Source: an uncultured Chthonomonadaceae bacterium
Lineage (GTDB): Bacteria > Armatimonadota > Chthonomonadetes > Chthonomonadales > Chthonomonadaceae
DNA: 33,286 nt
Assembly (NCBI GenBank): GCA_963835065.1
Contig: CAWIEK010000010.1
Location: forward strand, 1 to 33,286
Direction of reading: 5' to 3'
Part shown: in pieces, positions 30,905 to 33,286 of the stretch
How the letters are laid out: each line of letters starts with the position of its first letter
Position numbering within the stretch: position 1 is the stretch's first letter
Made by a program: the position numbers and the translations under genes
The notes under the pieces: model-generated
What the model saw: the letters and a program-made list of their open reading frames with translations, nothing else
Told to the model about the DNA's origin: nothing
The model's database searches: none

Positions 30905-31984
30905 ATGCAAACGATTAAATCTCTCTTTCTCATCTTCCTGTTGCTATGCTTGATGTGCGTATCTATACCGACTTTTGCGACAACCTACACGCAAATCGTT
31001 ACTGCCGCGTTTGGAACCGCGCTGACCGGCCAGGCCACCAATGTGCGCCTGACGGTCTACGACAGCGCGGGCAATGTGCAAATCGCGGCGACAAACACAC
31101 CTTCGGGCAACGCGATTGCGGAAAGCACGGACGCGGGCGCGACGGCAAACACAGGCGTTTACCTTGCGCGGTTTACCTGCGATACCACCTGGCTCCCCAT
31201 CCATTACAAAATGACGATTGTGGGACAGACGGGTGTGTCGGCCTCGGCGGTGATTGGCAGTGAGAGGGCGGCAGCCGTAGCCGATGGCCTTTCCGCTTCC
31301 ACGATTGCCAACATCACTTCGGGCGCGACTTCGGCAGGAACCGCCGCCACCCAAAGCACAACAGCCGCGACTCAGGCCACCAATGCGGCCACCAGCGCGG
31401 CGACAGCAGCAACGCAATCCACGAACGCGAACACACAGGCCAGTGCCGCCAATGCGAAACTGCTTGGAAATGTAGCCGCACAAACCGGTGATGCCTACGC
31501 TTTGTTGGGAACGCGCGTTCCCAACGTCCTGCCGACATTCCCCACAAATTTCAGCCTGTTTGCGATTGACGGAACTGGCAAAGTCGGCGCGAACAACTTG
31601 CCGACAGACTACGCTCTGCGCGCCACGGCTCCGACGTGGTATCTGGCTCCCACCAATCCTACCGACTATGCCCGCAACAATGTCGCGCCGTCGTGGTACG
31701 CAACGGGCGGTGATCCGTTCGCTATCAGCAAAACGGGTGGAACTTACGGAGCAGGGACCTGGGGCGCGTACTTTGCCGCGCAGCTTGTTAATGCTGTGCC
31801 TGCCGCTTCGGATTTTGTGACCGCCTTGTTCGCCGCTCCACGCTGGCAGAAACTGGAAGCTGTCGAGACAGGCGCGTACACCAGATCGGGAAACGTATAC
31901 ACCTTCACGCGGCAGGACGGCTCGACGTTTACCATGACGCTGAACGCTCTGTCCAGTCCGACCACCCGCGTTCCCGGCAGTTAA
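30905..31984 (+). CDS. fibre-like protein with signal-like peptide and Ala/Thr heptad stalk
   Basis: AAGGAG RBS; MQTIKSLFLIFLLLCLMCVSIPTFA; ATSAGTAATQSTTAATQATNAATSAATAATQS; duplicated PTDYA....AP.WY. Confidence 0.75.
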   Translation: MQTIKSLFLIFLLLCLMCVSIPTFATTYTQIVTAAFGTALTGQATNVRLTVYDSAGNVQIAATNTPSGNAIAESTDAGATANTGVYLARFTCDTTWLPIHYKMTIVGQTGVSASAVIGSERAAAVADGLSASTIANITSGATSAGTAATQSTTAATQATNAATSAATAATQSTNANTQASAANAKLLGNVAAQTGDAYALLGTRVPNVLPTFPTNFSLFAIDGTGKVGANNLPTDYALRATAPTWYLAPTNPTDYARNNVAPSWYATGGDPFAISKTGGTYGAGTWGAYFAAQLVNAVPAASDFVTALFAAPRWQKLEAVETGAYTRSGNVYTFTRQDGSTFTMTLNALSSPTTRVPGS

Positions 31985-31995
31985 GGAGGGCGGGC

Positions 31996-32471
31996 ATGTC
32001 GGATTTTAACATAGCCGGCAATCCGACCAATCCCCTGTTTGGGATGGTTCCAATGCCGGGCCAACGTCGGACGGAGACCCTATCGTGTATTGCTCGTTAC
32101 CTCTCCAGATTAGCGAAAACCAGCAGAATGTCGGGGCGATCACCCGCATTTCCTGGAAGACGTTTCAGACGTCGCCGCAGCTGACTCTGTGCCTGCAGGA
32201 TGGCAATGGACTGCCGATGAACCTCACGGGATCGACAGTCACGCTGCGCCTGTCCACGCTGATTGGTTCCACGCTGCTTATACAGGAGCCAATGGTGCTT
32301 GCCTACGCAGTAGGCGGGATTGTTTCGTATCATTTCGTTGCCGCCGACGTAGCCGTTGCGGGAACCTACGCGCTGGAAGTGGAAGAAGTCGCCGCGAACG
32401 GGGATATACGGTATTACCCGTCCGATGGCAACGTGCTGTTCGTGATCGGACGGGCGCTCGGCGGTCCGTAG
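31996..32471 (+). CDS. BppU N-terminal-like (Ig-like) domain protein, frameshifted
   Basis: LQDGNGLPMNLTGSTVTL...GIVSYHFVAADVAVAGTYALEVE.....YYPSDG. Confidence 0.75.
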
Positions 32472-32478
32472 CGTCCGG

Positions 32479-32571
32479 TTGTAATCTTGCAATCTTGTAA
32501 TCTGCCTGGCAGGAGAGCTTCCCTGCCGAGATTTTTTTGCGCCTGCCGGAAACTCTCGACAGGCTCTTTTT
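32479..32571 (+). terminator. 8-mer repeat (TTGYAATC) x3 followed by two tandem terminators
   Basis: GGCAGG..CCTGCC-gaga-T7 and GCCTGCCGG..TCGACAGGC-TCTTTTT. Confidence 0.7.
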
Positions 32572-32619
32572 ACGCCTCCTGCTGCCCGGTTGCAGCGCAT
32601 GGGCGGCAGGAGATGGACC

Positions 32620-32925
32620 ATGACCAACTGGGAATCGTGGGTTGTCCCGCTTATCGGAGCTATTTTGATTGCGATGGTTCCTGCCATGCTGCGGGCATAT
32701 TCGTTCATTTCCGTGCTGAATGAGCGGCTGGAGGCTGTCAAAAAAGACCTGCAAAAAGAGCATGACGAGCGCATTACGACCCATGCCGAAGCCTGCCGCC
32801 GCCTGGATACTATGGAACAAAGCATCAACAGTCAAGCCCGGATGCTTGACAGGATTGACGAGCGGACGGCCTTGATGCTGTCGGGCTTGCAGCAGGCAGG
32901 GGTCGTAGAACGCAACCCCCATTAA
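32620..32925 (+). CDS. single-TM + coiled-coil protein (holin-like)
   Basis: WVVPLIGAILIAMVPAML TM segment, then coiled coil ending LDRIDER; lysis-module position. Confidence 0.6.
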   Translation: MTNWESWVVPLIGAILIAMVPAMLRAYSFISVLNERLEAVKKDLQKEHDERITTHAEACRRLDTMEQSINSQARMLDRIDERTALMLSGLQQAGVVERNPH

Positions 32926-32945
32926 GAGAAGAAAGCGAGGAGACA

Positions 32946-33227
32946 ATGAAAAACGATAAAACGCGCAAATGGCTGTACACCCTCAGCGCGGGCGTATCCG
33001 TACTCGCGCCCTACGTGGTTCCTCACCTGAAGGAAATCGCGCAGAATGCAGGCGCTCCGGCTTGGCTTGTGGGCGCGGCGGGCGCGGCGGTTGTGGCCTA
33101 CAAAGCGTTTCAGGCCGACCCGGACAAGCACAAAAAGCAGGAACAGTCGGAGGACGAAACTGATCTCCTTCGGCCTGCTGCGTCTACTACAGATGCCGGC
33201 GCGGACACATCCGCAGGCAGTCAATGA
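32946..33227 (+). CDS. putative holin
   Basis: GAGGAG RBS; two hydrophobic segments and a charged C-terminus. Confidence 0.55.
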   Translation: MKNDKTRKWLYTLSAGVSVLAPYVVPHLKEIAQNAGAPAWLVGAAGAAVVAYKAFQADPDKHKKQEQSEDETDLLRPAASTTDAGADTSAGSQ

Positions 33228-33286
33228 GCGAATACATCACGCAATGCCTTAGCGCCCAGGACAAAGCCGGTCTGGGCGCTATTTAC
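33224..33286 (+). CDS. start of next gene (truncated by window)
   Basis: ATGA overlap; MSEYITQCLSAQDKAGLGAIY open to the edge. Confidence 0.45.
   Translation, partial: MSEYITQCLSAQDKAGLGAIY

Noticed and set aside
1..33286. CRISPR array, DGR/retron, integrase, transposase or invertase
   Set aside because: No repeat-spacer array, reverse transcriptase, TR/VR pair or recombinase motifs seen by eye.

Overview
The window holds most of the late region of a GC-rich, HK97-fold tailed (pro)phage that looks siphovirus-like, with no sheath or baseplate wedge genes seen. From left to right: end of an HNH gene and a TGT/DpdA-like gene (+); an inverted cassette (-) with a Com-like Zn finger, a sigma-like protein and a beta-class DNA methyltransferase; then the + strand late operon. 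That operon comprises a metallopeptidase, DUF2280 TerS, TerL, portal, prohead protease, major capsid, head-tail genes, tail tube, chaperones with a GGGGGAA -1 slip site, and a short tape measure. It is interrupted by a 3.5 kb accessory island with its own consensus promoter. Further tail genes follow, with two tRNA-like non-coding elements, collagen-like fibres, two fibre/spike-like proteins with apparent signal peptides, a BppU-like gene and holin-like genes. Most long genes are broken by single-base frameshifts, probably long-read indel errors, so many coordinates are hand-reconstructed across frames. Family calls come from motif recognition by eye, not database searches.
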